Positions 54,875-64,000 of a stretch of 64,000 bases of DNA are shown here, piece by piece. Under the pieces are notes generated by a model that was not told the origin of the DNA, searched no databases, and saw nothing but the letters and a program-made list of their open reading frames with translations. The translations under genes and the position numbers were made by a program. Position 1 is the stretch's first letter, and every line of letters begins with the position of its first letter. Source of the stretch: Alloascoidea hylecoeti (lineage: Eukaryota); assembly GCA_001600815.1 (NCBI GenBank), contig BCKZ01000004.1, forward strand, positions 806,001-870,000. Reading direction: 5' to 3'.

Positions 54875-56860
54875 ATGAGTGAACATTCAACTAGGCATCG
54901 GGCCTCTGACCATTCAAGAAAGGAAGATAATGATGGTGTTAAAGATGAAGGTAAGCTAAAGGATAGGACTCATAGATCGTCATACAGAAGTCATCGTCAT
55001 CACCATCACCATTTAGATAGAGACAGCGATAGAAAAAGAAGGCACGACAGTCATAGAAACAGAAGTAATGATGAAAGGTCGTATAGCGAGAGAAAAGGTA
55101 AACGAAGGAGAAGCAGAAGTCGGAGTAACGATCGATCTTCTTCAAAGAGCAATAATACTAACAACACATTACAAAATGATGATACGAGCATAACGGTTGA
55201 AGCTAAAAAGGTAACTGAAGAAAAAAGTACAGTCTCCCAATCAAATTCTCGACCTATTTGGATGAGTGTAGATTCAGAATTCTCCTTCTCCCAATTTGCT
55301 GGTAAAAAAGAAATTAAAAGAACAAGAAAAGAAATTGAAAGGGAACAGTTACAAGCAAAAGTAGCACCTAGAAAAATTAAACTAGACACACAGCAGAATG
55401 ACCAAAAGGAAGTACCAAAAAACAATTTAGATATTAGCTATTCATTTGGAGATAGTGGATCAGATTGGCGGATGATGAAACTGAACCGGATTTATGAAAT
55501 GGCAAATGAGAATAATCAAAGAATTGAAGATGTTGCTATCGAAAGGTATGGCTCTCTTATTGAGTTTGACATTGCCAGAGAAGAAAAACAAGAATTGGAA
55601 CGACGAAAGAGATTTGGCGACGATTATAAAGGATTCAAGAGTAAACCTACTGGTGAATTATTTAAATCGAGAAACTTACCAAAAATTCTAGAAGAACCAA
55701 AACAACAGATACAAAAAGCAATTTCAAATAATGTTTCTATCCGACCACTATCAACTTCAGAATTAAACGATTTAAAATCCAAGATTTTAAAAATGAAATT
55801 ACAGAATAACTCTAAATGGAAAGATCTTCAAGCTCAATATGATTCCGTAACACAACTACAGATCAACAATCCTGTTACTCAAAACTCTAATGTGAAGGTA
55901 ATCTCCTCTATGGATAGCCATGTTATGGATATGGCTTCTATGAAATCGGAAGAAGAAATGACAATCCAGGAATTGGCTGCACGTCAGCGCGTTTTAGATG
56001 GGAAATCTCAAAATTTGGCTGATGGAATCATTGGTAATAAATCATATTCTACCGATTTAGATGATATGTTTGAAAATGCTGATGTTTTGGCGAAACCTAA
56101 AGATAGAAGCACAAAGGATTTGCGTAACATGACTATAAATAAGGTGAAACGTGTTGATGCTATAATTGACAAATGTCCACTTTGTACTGAGAATGGAAAG
56201 AGTCCCAATGCCACTGTCGTATCCGTTGGAACTAGGGTATATTTAGCATTGACACCTACGCCAGAATTAGAACGATTGTCGGTTTCTATCGTCCCTATAA
56301 TACATCACACAAACACACTGCATTGTGATGAGGATGAATGGGATGAAATACGCAATTACATGAAATGTCTTGCGAGAATGTACTATAAACAAAAGAAGGG
56401 CATTTTGTTTTATGAAAACGCCGCTTTCCCTCAGTATTATCGTCATGCTGTCATAACAGCTGTGCCTGTTCCTTTATCATTATTGAAGGAAGCACCTGCT
56501 TTTTTTAAAGAAGCGATAATCAGCTCTGATGATGAATGGTTACAACATAAGAGAATTATTGATACAGGCGCTAATGCTAAAAAATATGGTATGAATAGTT
56601 TCAAAATTTCAATTGCTAAAGAAGCTCCATATTTTCATGTTTGGTTTACTTTGGATGGAGGTCTTGGTCATATTATTGAAAATCCTACTCTTTGGCCGAA
56701 AGGTGATCAATTTGCAAGAGAAGTCATTGGAGGGTTATTAGACGTTGAACCTCATGTTTATAAAAAGGAAGGTAAATGGAGGAGAGGTGACATTGAGCGA
56801 AAAGAAGGTTTCGAGAAGTACTGGAAAGAATGGGATTGGACTATAGTACCAGAGAAATAG
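54875..56860 (+). CDS. CWF19: Cwf19 (CWF19L2-type) spliceosome-associated protein with CwfJ C-terminal domains
   Basis: R/S/H-rich N-terminus, GDSGSDWRMMKL, CPLC, CDEDEWDEIRNYMKCL, EWLQHKRIIDT, PYFHVWF, GGLGHIIE, WDWT. Confidence 0.88.
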   Translation: MSEHSTRHRASDHSRKEDNDGVKDEGKLKDRTHRSSYRSHRHHHHHLDRDSDRKRRHDSHRNRSNDERSYSERKGKRRRSRSRSNDRSSSKSNNTNNTLQNDDTSITVEAKKVTEEKSTVSQSNSRPIWMSVDSEFSFSQFAGKKEIKRTRKEIEREQLQAKVAPRKIKLDTQQNDQKEVPKNNLDISYSFGDSGSDWRMMKLNRIYEMANENNQRIEDVAIERYGSLIEFDIAREEKQELERRKRFGDDYKGFKSKPTGELFKSRNLPKILEEPKQQIQKAISNNVSIRPLSTSELNDLKSKILKMKLQNNSKWKDLQAQYDSVTQLQINNPVTQNSNVKVISSMDSHVMDMASMKSEEEMTIQELAARQRVLDGKSQNLADGIIGNKSYSTDLDDMFENADVLAKPKDRSTKDLRNMTINKVKRVDAIIDKCPLCTENGKSPNATVVSVGTRVYLALTPTPELERLSVSIVPIIHHTNTLHCDEDEWDEIRNYMKCLARMYYKQKKGILFYENAAFPQYYRHAVITAVPVPLSLLKEAPAFFKEAIISSDDEWLQHKRIIDTGANAKKYGMNSFKISIAKEAPYFHVWFTLDGGLGHIIENPTLWPKGDQFAREVIGGLLDVEPHVYKKEGKWRRGDIERKEGFEKYWKEWDWTIVPEK

Positions 56861-57170
56861 ACTATGGCAAGTATCATGATCGGTACTATGCATAGTAAGG
56901 TTTGGGCTCGTTGTATTATAAATTATAATTAGGCTATGTTCATTAATATAAACAGGGCAAAAGTTGTGGTTAATATACTATAAAAATATATTAAATAATG
57001 TCGGGGAACGATAAAAAATCATTTCATGATCAATATAACCTATACGAAAAAAAAAAAAAAAACTTTTGACACTGTATGACAAAATTGACAAATAAGGGTA
57101 ACTATAAACAAATCTGGAGTCTCTCCGTAACACATATATAATTCAATTTTTATTGTCTAATTTTATACAT

Positions 57171-58745
57171 TTAGTTCTTGACATTCTCGGTAGGTGTTGA
57201 AGTTGTTGATTCTTTTGCTTTTTTAATATCTTCAACCTTTTCTGGGGGTATATCATCAGCAGATGGACCTTCCTTATCAGCATCCTCTAGATTTAATCTA
57301 TCCTTAACAGGAATGACATGACCACTTTCCTTCTCTTCTTTCTGTTCATCCTTAATAAGTTGTTCCTGTTCTTTAATAAGAGCAATACGCTGCTTGTTTG
57401 TAGCTTCTTCAGAGGCGACCTCCATTTCAGCTTCATGATATAACTCTTCTGGTAACGCACTTAGAACAGATTCCAGAGCACCAAAAATCGAGTCTTTATT
57501 GAAATCACCGTAAGTGAATGCACTGCTCAAGACTAATAAGGTAGCTGGAACCTTCTCTTTCAGTCGTAGATCTAACCAAAGAGTTAAGTCATCTCTCAAT
57601 TTTGCGGTGGAAACCCCACCATAGGTCTTTATACTTCTCGATGCACAAGCACTTTGTAGTTCCTTTGTAGTTAAAGAACTAACCCCTTCCCAAATAATGA
57701 CTCGATCATCACTTTTAATTTGTAATAACTTATGACGGATTAAATATCGCAAAATCATATTTGTACCAAAAGGTTGAATATTCATATACTTTGACATGGC
57801 AACAAGTTGTGGGCGAGACAAATTATCCAAGACAACATCATCTTTAAACAATTTTGCAACACTGAGAATTAATTCCGGTTCGGGTGATATTCCAGATTTA
57901 ACATGATTGAAAAATTCTTCGAAATCTTGTCTCTGTTCGGCAGTAACTGATTCGGGTAGCTTCAACCCAGTTTCTTGAATAGTTTTTCTTAACATATCAC
58001 CAACAACCTTTCTAGTTTTACGAAGTTTTTCTTTCTTCTTTTCTTTATCTGTTGTAGATTCATACGTTGAAGGAAGGAGATTTGGAAATAATTTTAAAGC
58101 AACAGGAAGTAATAATTCGGCAAATGGGACAATAACGAAAACAGAAAATGGAACTAAACGAGTTAAATCCGTAATAGTTCTTTCTAACTGTCTATTTTCA
58201 CGGCGAGTTAGTTCATAGCCAGACAACATTTTGAATAGAAGTTTAGTTGAAATTTTAATTTCCAAACCAAGCAATTTTGTACCATCCCAATAGTGTTGAG
58301 CTTCGTGTTTAACTTTTTCCCATGTAGTCAACTTTTTCTCTTCTGGTTTAACGGGAAGATTTGTTTTTTCATTTAGCTTTACTTCCACCGATTGTATTGG
58401 TTTTGATTTGGTACCGGATGCAGAATCCGAGGGAGAATTCGATGGAGAATTCGTACTGCTAAAACGAGATCCAACAATTCCTATAGGTCTTGCCATCAGA
58501 CTTCGACCAAGTCTTGATTTCCGCACCATATTCAGGTTAGATAGGTGGCTTTCCATGGGTTTTCCCAAATTACTGTATAATCTAGCAAAAGGACCACCAA
58601 CGGTGACGACTAATGTAATCAGAAAGGGTTAACTATATATATTCTATCTCAACCCCCAAAAGGGTACCTTCTCTAAGCCATCCAAACCCATTAATAAGTA
58701 CATACCACTTTTAGAGCCATACTTCCGTCCCAAAGATCCCAACAT
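57171..58745 (-). CDS. MDM38: LETM1-family mitochondrial inner-membrane protein; exons 58706..58745 and 57171..58609, 492 aa
   Basis: HYWDGTKLLG, GYELTRRE, VPFAELLLPVALKLFPNLLPSTYES, LDNLSRPQL. Intron 58610..58705 supplies the ATG and presequence. Confidence 0.9.
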
Positions 58746-58937
58746 GTTTTTTAGTTGGATATCACAACTTTTAACTTTTTCGATGGTTTGCAAGTTGCAA
58801 TTGAGAACCCCCAATTTTGTCACCTCCTACAACCCGATTACGTCAGCTGCATATGTCGCCGAACATGCATGAACTTTATGTATTTTGTCCCATACGTTCC
58901 CACATTTACTCAACCGTGCTCCTGTTTGCTATAATGG

Positions 58938-58945
58938 CCGGGTAA
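58938..58945 (-). promoter_or_regulatory. Reb1-type site in the divergent MDM38/UTP22 promoter, followed by an RRPE-like AAAAATTT
   Basis: CCGGGTAA exact match; TAAAAATTTC at ~58960. Confidence 0.45.
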
Positions 58946-59093
58946 TAATTCAGAGAATCTAAAAATTTCGATATAATAAGCAGAATTTCTTCATCCAATA
59001 ATTAGAAACCTCAGATCACTTCCTCAGGGTTTTAGGTAATATTAGGCTTCACTTTTACTCTCCTGCTTTATTGGCTGATTTAGTTAGTTCGAA

Positions 59094-62000
59094 ATGTATG
59101 CCGCTACGGGAAAAAGAAAAAGAAGTGTCAGCTTTCATAGTGCTAAGAAGCATCGTGATGAGACTAGTATCATGAAAAAATCTACTCGAGAAAATGGAAA
59201 ACTTCGTAATAAATCTCTTCTCGTGAAAGATGAAGCATCTGAAAGCGAGGGTGAGTCTTCTGACAATACGGTGGAATCGAAGACATTCGAGGATGCTGAT
59301 GAGACAGGTAGTAATGAGGAAGATAATGAAGAAGAAGATAATCATAATGATATTAAAAAAAATGATATCAACGGTAAAACTTTATCCAAAAAAGCGAGGA
59401 AACAATTAACTGCCCAGGAAATTCAAAAAGCAATATATACTTCTGAATTCTTCAAATCAAATATTTTCAAGATGCAAATCGATGAATTAATTAAGGAAAT
59501 TACTATTAAGGATTCCAATATTGAGACAATCAAGAAAGTTCTCCTCAAACTTCATAATATAATCAAAGATATTCCGAAAAGGAATGAAGTCACTTTAGAA
59601 GAGGCAGAACGAAGTTTTTCCAGAGATATCACTATACCTTTCTGTGATCCAAAACCATCTGATCCCAAGTACCTTTTTGGCTACTCACCACCAGAAGATG
59701 TTAATCTTGTTGGTAGCTTCGGGTTGAAAACAATTACTCGGCAACTAGAAGAGACGATTGTTGATATCAGTATTTCAATTCCAAAAGATCTTTTCAAACC
59801 AAAAGATTATTTGAATTTTAGAGCATTTCATAAGCGATCTTATTACTTGGCTTGTTTAGCTGAGGGTATTAAAAAGGGTTGTAAAAAGGAAGCATTAGAA
59901 GTTGATATCAATTATGAGTACTTTCATGACGACCCTCTTCGACCTATTATTCGTGTTTCTGGTATTAAAGGAAAGAAAAATGAATTAACAAAATCAAAGT
60001 TCTCTGTCCGTATTATACCTTCATTACCTAATAGTTTCTTCGATACTAAAAAGTTGATGCCCGATAAGAATTGTGTCCGATTTCAAACCAACCAAAATCA
60101 AAACGAATTGAATGAAGAAAATCAAGGAAAGGTGATTCCTACACCATTATACAATTCCTCTTTATTAACAGATACAAGCTATTCCCATTATTTCACATTT
60201 CTTTATATGGCTCATAAATCATGTCCCTCATTTAGAGAAACATGCAAATTGGGAAGACTCTGGCTACGACAACGAGGGTTTGATTCAAATGTGAATGGAG
60301 GAGGATTTGGTCACTTTGAATGGGCTGTCTTAACTGCATCTCTTTTACAAGGTGGTGGACATCAAGGGAATGATATCTTAAGTACTGGTATGACTAGTTA
60401 TCAATTGTTTAAAGGTGTAATACAGTACCTGAAAAACCAAGACCTGCGAAAGGACTACTTGGAATTCTCAAGTCAGCCAGGTAATCGATATTCAAGATTG
60501 GCAAACTCAACTTCAGAAATCCCGATTTTATTCGATAAATTTACAAAAGTCAACATTCTATGGAAAATGAGAGCTTGGAGCTACGATTTATTGAAACATG
60601 AAGCTGAGTTGACTTTGGAAATGTTAAATGACGATGTAAGAGACCGTTTTGATAGTCTCTTCTTAAAGAAGGTATCAATTCCTCAGCTGAAATACGATAT
60701 TAGTATTTCATTGCCATCTGTTCCTGCTAAAAATTCCAAGTTCACAGCTGCTGAAAAAGTCTTATACATAACCTTTGACAATTATATCATTTCGCACATT
60801 TATCAAATGTTCCAGAGAGCATTGATTCCAAGAGTGAAACAAATTGTCATCAAACCTAGAAATCAGACTTCTCTTTTCAATCTTAATAAAACAAAACCGT
60901 ACACATATTCAAATACCTCATCGGAATTGGACGTCGGATTTATTCTAAATCCAAGAGAAAGTGAGAAACAAATAACTCTAGGTCCATCCCCCGATAACAC
61001 TTCTGATGTGCTTGAGTTTAAAAAACTTTGGGCCGGAAAAGAGGAATTAAGAAATTTCAAAACACATGGAGGGTTGCGATTATGTGTTAACTGGGATCCT
61101 GATGTAAATAAGTCCCCTGTATTAAGAATAATTGAATATCTACTGGATAAACATGTCAAGCCTGATATTAGTAGAGATATCAAATGCTTTCATTCATCTT
61201 TCAGAAAGTTGTTACCTATTCCAAATCTTCCCAAAGCTGACAAGGAACCGATAACATCAACAAGATATTTCCAACTCAAACGCTCAGCATTTGAAAAATT
61301 GATACAAGTAATTCGTGATTTGCCTGATCTTCCTCTGAGAATACATGCTATTTCGTCGGCATCATCACCTTCTATTCGGTATTCCTCTCCTCATCAACCT
61401 ACACCTTTCGACATTAAAGATGAAGATTTTATTGTGAATGCGATTATTGAATTTGAGACTTCGAGTAAATGGCCAGATGATCTTGTTGCGGTTGAAAAGA
61501 CCAAAACTGCATTCCTACTCAAAATTGCACAACTTATGAGACTACATTCCGAATATAGCAATGTCGATGTAGGCCTGGATACATGCATTCCACATTTGGA
61601 TTGTGTCAGCTTTTTACAAGTGCTTACACCTAATGGATATGGATTTCGTTTTAAAATCCACACAGAACGTGATGACCTTCTCTACTCGAGAGCAGTTCAA
61701 AATGCGAGAAAAATCTCAGAAACTAAATATCAGCTGGCTAATGAATCATATATTGCTTATAAACAACAGTATATCAACTCAGTAAAACATACAAGAAAAA
61801 TTCAATCTCTAAGCCCAGTTCATCCATTTTATCATCCCACAGTAAGACTATTCAAAATATGGCTTGATTCTCATTTTTTATTAAGTCATTTTACTCACGA
61901 GGCGGTGGAACTAATTGTATTAAACTCTTTTATTAATTTCGCTCCTTGGGATGAACCATCGTCTATTTCAGCCGGTTTCCTAAGATCTCTGTATTTCATA

Positions 62001-62792
62001 TCGCAATGGAACTGGAAAGAAGATCCTCTGATTTTAGATACAACACAACCTAATGATAACCTCCTCAATCCAACTTCTGAATTATCATTGAATAAAAATG
62101 TATACCAGGCTGCAGTGGGAAAATTTGAAAATTTACGCAAGGAAGATCCGGAGTGTAATAACTTTCCACTCTTTATCGCAACTAATAGTGATACTTCAGG
62201 GGTGTTGTGGACTAGTGGTGGTAATCCAAGTGCTGTATTAGCAGCCAGATTAACTGCATTATCACGAATGGCCATTCAACTTATTTTAAATACCTCTCTT
62301 GAAGATTTTGATGAAAATTTGATTCAAAGACTTTTTACTGCATCCACATCCGATTTTGACTTTATAATTAATTTGAACGGAAATAAGTCTTCACGAAAAG
62401 AAGATAATGTACAATATAAGAACCTCTCGTTACGTGTTCAGCAATTCCATAAACAAGTTATCGAAGAAATGTGTAATTATGGTGACCTGTTTTATCGTGA
62501 TATTAAATCCAAATATAATGCTACAATACTATTTTCAAATCGACAATATCCATCAGTCGTCCCAGTGGTTCCTTGTAAGGAGGATAATGGTGATATGATT
62601 TGTGGACTATGGCTACCAAGAGTTGATCAACCAAAGAACTTTAGAGTTAACCTTGCTGGTTCAACTATGCCAGTTGCTGATAATGAAAAGAGTAACAAAA
62701 ATAAGAATCAGGTAGTGCTGAATAAGACAGCTATTCTTAGTGAGATTTCAAGAAAAGGAGGAGATATCATCAAGACGCTTAATGTAACTTAG
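59094..62792 (+). CDS. UTP22: Utp22/Nrap U3 snoRNP (UTP-C) component
   Basis: FKSNIFKMQIDEL, KDYLNFRAFHKRSYYLA, LGRLWLRQRGF, GGFGHFEW, FETSSKWPDDL, WNWKEDPL. Confidence 0.93.
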   Translation: MYAATGKRKRSVSFHSAKKHRDETSIMKKSTRENGKLRNKSLLVKDEASESEGESSDNTVESKTFEDADETGSNEEDNEEEDNHNDIKKNDINGKTLSKKARKQLTAQEIQKAIYTSEFFKSNIFKMQIDELIKEITIKDSNIETIKKVLLKLHNIIKDIPKRNEVTLEEAERSFSRDITIPFCDPKPSDPKYLFGYSPPEDVNLVGSFGLKTITRQLEETIVDISISIPKDLFKPKDYLNFRAFHKRSYYLACLAEGIKKGCKKEALEVDINYEYFHDDPLRPIIRVSGIKGKKNELTKSKFSVRIIPSLPNSFFDTKKLMPDKNCVRFQTNQNQNELNEENQGKVIPTPLYNSSLLTDTSYSHYFTFLYMAHKSCPSFRETCKLGRLWLRQRGFDSNVNGGGFGHFEWAVLTASLLQGGGHQGNDILSTGMTSYQLFKGVIQYLKNQDLRKDYLEFSSQPGNRYSRLANSTSEIPILFDKFTKVNILWKMRAWSYDLLKHEAELTLEMLNDDVRDRFDSLFLKKVSIPQLKYDISISLPSVPAKNSKFTAAEKVLYITFDNYIISHIYQMFQRALIPRVKQIVIKPRNQTSLFNLNKTKPYTYSNTSSELDVGFILNPRESEKQITLGPSPDNTSDVLEFKKLWAGKEELRNFKTHGGLRLCVNWDPDVNKSPVLRIIEYLLDKHVKPDISRDIKCFHSSFRKLLPIPNLPKADKEPITSTRYFQLKRSAFEKLIQVIRDLPDLPLRIHAISSASSPSIRYSSPHQPTPFDIKDEDFIVNAIIEFETSSKWPDDLVAVEKTKTAFLLKIAQLMRLHSEYSNVDVGLDTCIPHLDCVSFLQVLTPNGYGFRFKIHTERDDLLYSRAVQNARKISETKYQLANESYIAYKQQYINSVKHTRKIQSLSPVHPFYHPTVRLFKIWLDSHFLLSHFTHEAVELIVLNSFINFAPWDEPSSISAGFLRSLYFISQWNWKEDPLILDTTQPNDNLLNPTSELSLNKNVYQAAVGKFENLRKEDPECNNFPLFIATNSDTSGVLWTSGGNPSAVLAARLTALSRMAIQLILNTSLEDFDENLIQRLFTASTSDFDFIINLNGNKSSRKEDNVQYKNLSLRVQQFHKQVIEEMCNYGDLFYRDIKSKYNATILFSNRQYPSVVPVVPCKEDNGDMICGLWLPRVDQPKNFRVNLAGSTMPVADNEKSNKNKNQVVLNKTAILSEISRKGGDIIKTLNVT

Positions 62793-62923
62793 ATAAAATT
62801 AAAATTTATATAACATGATAGTGAAGTTAAATAAACCATAAATTTTAATTTTTAGAATAATGTTAATTAATATTTCGTTTCTTGAATTTAAATATTTAGA
62901 ATCAATACAAAATTTTTTTATAG

Positions 62924-63344
62924 TATTTTGGGTTAATCGACCACTCGTTAATCTTTATGTTCGCCCACATCTGTGTAAAACTTCGCTCACAGTTTAAATT
63001 AATAATTCGTGGTCATTGTGATGTAATAATATTCGACGAGTCATCGCACTTAAGTTCGGCCACCATGCATTAAATATTCGGCCACATTTATGTTCAGCAA
63101 AACATGATCGATGCAGGTCTTTCAAAAGCTTTGAAATTTCCAATGGGGAAGCAGCTTTTATCTATCACCTCTCAAGGTTTTGAGAAATCGGTCTTGTTCA
63201 TGTTTTGTTGATGGCCAAATGTATAGCATCGTGGGCGAGCTTAAGTGTGATGACCGGCGATCGAATATCATATGGTCGAATTAATTATTTAAGTTGTAGG
63301 CGAATATATAGGTCAACTAGTGGTCGATATTAACGCAAACGTAT
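62924..63344. mobile_element. ~420-bp foldback/MITE-like element: long imperfect inverted arms with a short spacer
   Basis: Arms pair along ~200 bp, e.g. GTCATCGCACTTAAGTTCGGCCACCATGC (63040-63068) versus reverse complement GTCATCACACTTAAGCTCGCCCACGATGC; both ends read GTTAAT(AT)CGACCACT. A related copy lies at 1448-1618. Confidence 0.72.
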
Positions 63345-63848
63345 TAATTATAGACTTTTTATAAACATGGTGTGCGTATGCATAATTAAAAAATCTTTTT
63401 GGGAAAATCAAAACGTTTTCAACACCGCGGGAAAAGTAACCACACCATCAAATTCACTTCTATTAGGACTAAAGGTAGACAAAAGGCAAATCTAAACCAT
63501 GTCGTTGCAAATTTTGTTTTTGGACTATTCAACCCTATTTCTTCGCAGGCACATAATTAAGATAGGTTCACCGTAGACAGTAATAAAACTTACTTTATTT
63601 AGATGAGTGCATGCATATGTATACTACTCATTTTTGTGATCAGGTAGTATGAATAGTTGCATGCATATTTACTGAAGACCAAAAAACTTCCAAGTTTTCT
63701 AAGTGACATGCACATAGTTAAATTTAGTTTTTCCACTTTATTTCCAATCAGGAACACTTTTTTTTAATTGAAATTAATTAAATTAACTACAGCTAAAATG
63801 CGTTTTAATCGTTTACATAAATTCAAATATTAACATAATACATCATCA

Positions 63849-64000
63849 TTATAAATAAGCCATCCAAAGGGTTTCAGAAGCTGCCAAATTCCTAGGATTT
63901 ACAGCTTGAGATATTAAATCCAAAACTGTTTGGGTTGCAACACTGTTCTGTGAAACATGCGCTAAGGTTGTACTTCTTTTGATCAATATTTCAACATTTC
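63849..64000 (-). CDS. TRA1: C-terminal FATC end of Tra1 (PIKK pseudokinase of SAGA/NuA4), partial
   Basis: ...VATQTVLDLISQAVNPRNLAASETLWMAYL* matches the Tra1/TRRAP C-terminus. Not in the ORF track. Confidence 0.85.
   Translation of the reverse strand, partial: NVEILIKRSTTLAHVSQNSVATQTVLDLISQAVNPRNLAASETLWMAYL

Noticed and set aside
62937..63085. Periodic repeats read as a CRISPR-like array
   Set aside because: Cores are only ~8 bp and degenerate, are mirrored in an inverted arm, lie in a eukaryotic genome, and have no cas genes nearby.
63600..63720. (G/A)CATGCA(T/C)AT recurring at ~50-bp spacing
   Set aside because: Three short matches with little similarity between them; may be chance.

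Overview
Gene-dense, AT-rich genomic DNA from a budding yeast (Saccharomycotina). It appears to use the standard code: CTG falls at conserved Leu sites in FAL1 and ACL2. It retains genes absent from S. cerevisiae (ATP-citrate lyase, CWF19L2-type, WBP4-like U1 zinc finger) and is intron-rich: I could reconstruct 16 spliceosomal introns by hand that the ORF track misses. Genes in order: an unknown 5' fragment, RPL38, CDC14, FAT1, CST26, QDR3, FIG1, a dienelactone-hydrolase-like gene, FAL1, a Zn2Cys6 TF, SES1, ATG31, GIP1-like, NET1/TOF2-like, ACL2, a 6-exon CBM48/charged-helix gene spanning an assembly gap, a Sororin-like gene, KEX2, LAP3, AST1-like, TUP1, CSM1, YTP1, TIM44, a U1-type zinc finger, CWF19, MDM38, UTP22 and the 3' end of TRA1. 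Best leads: (1) a hidden 6-exon gene joining a glycogen-binding CBM48 domain, a candidate Atg8-interacting motif, a very long E/K/R/A helix and an amphipathic C-tail; (2) the head-to-head Sororin-like protein (FGF motif plus Sororin-like C-terminus); (3) a tandem array of LC8/Dyn2-type QT motifs in the Net1-like protein; (4) a non-autonomous foldback/MITE family with ~23-bp periodic TCG subrepeats; (5) an RPL38 promoter combining Homol-D, Rap1-like and Tbf1-like sites. No tRNA, rRNA, CRISPR array or transposase was recognised. Gene names come from recalled motifs and synteny, not from database searches.
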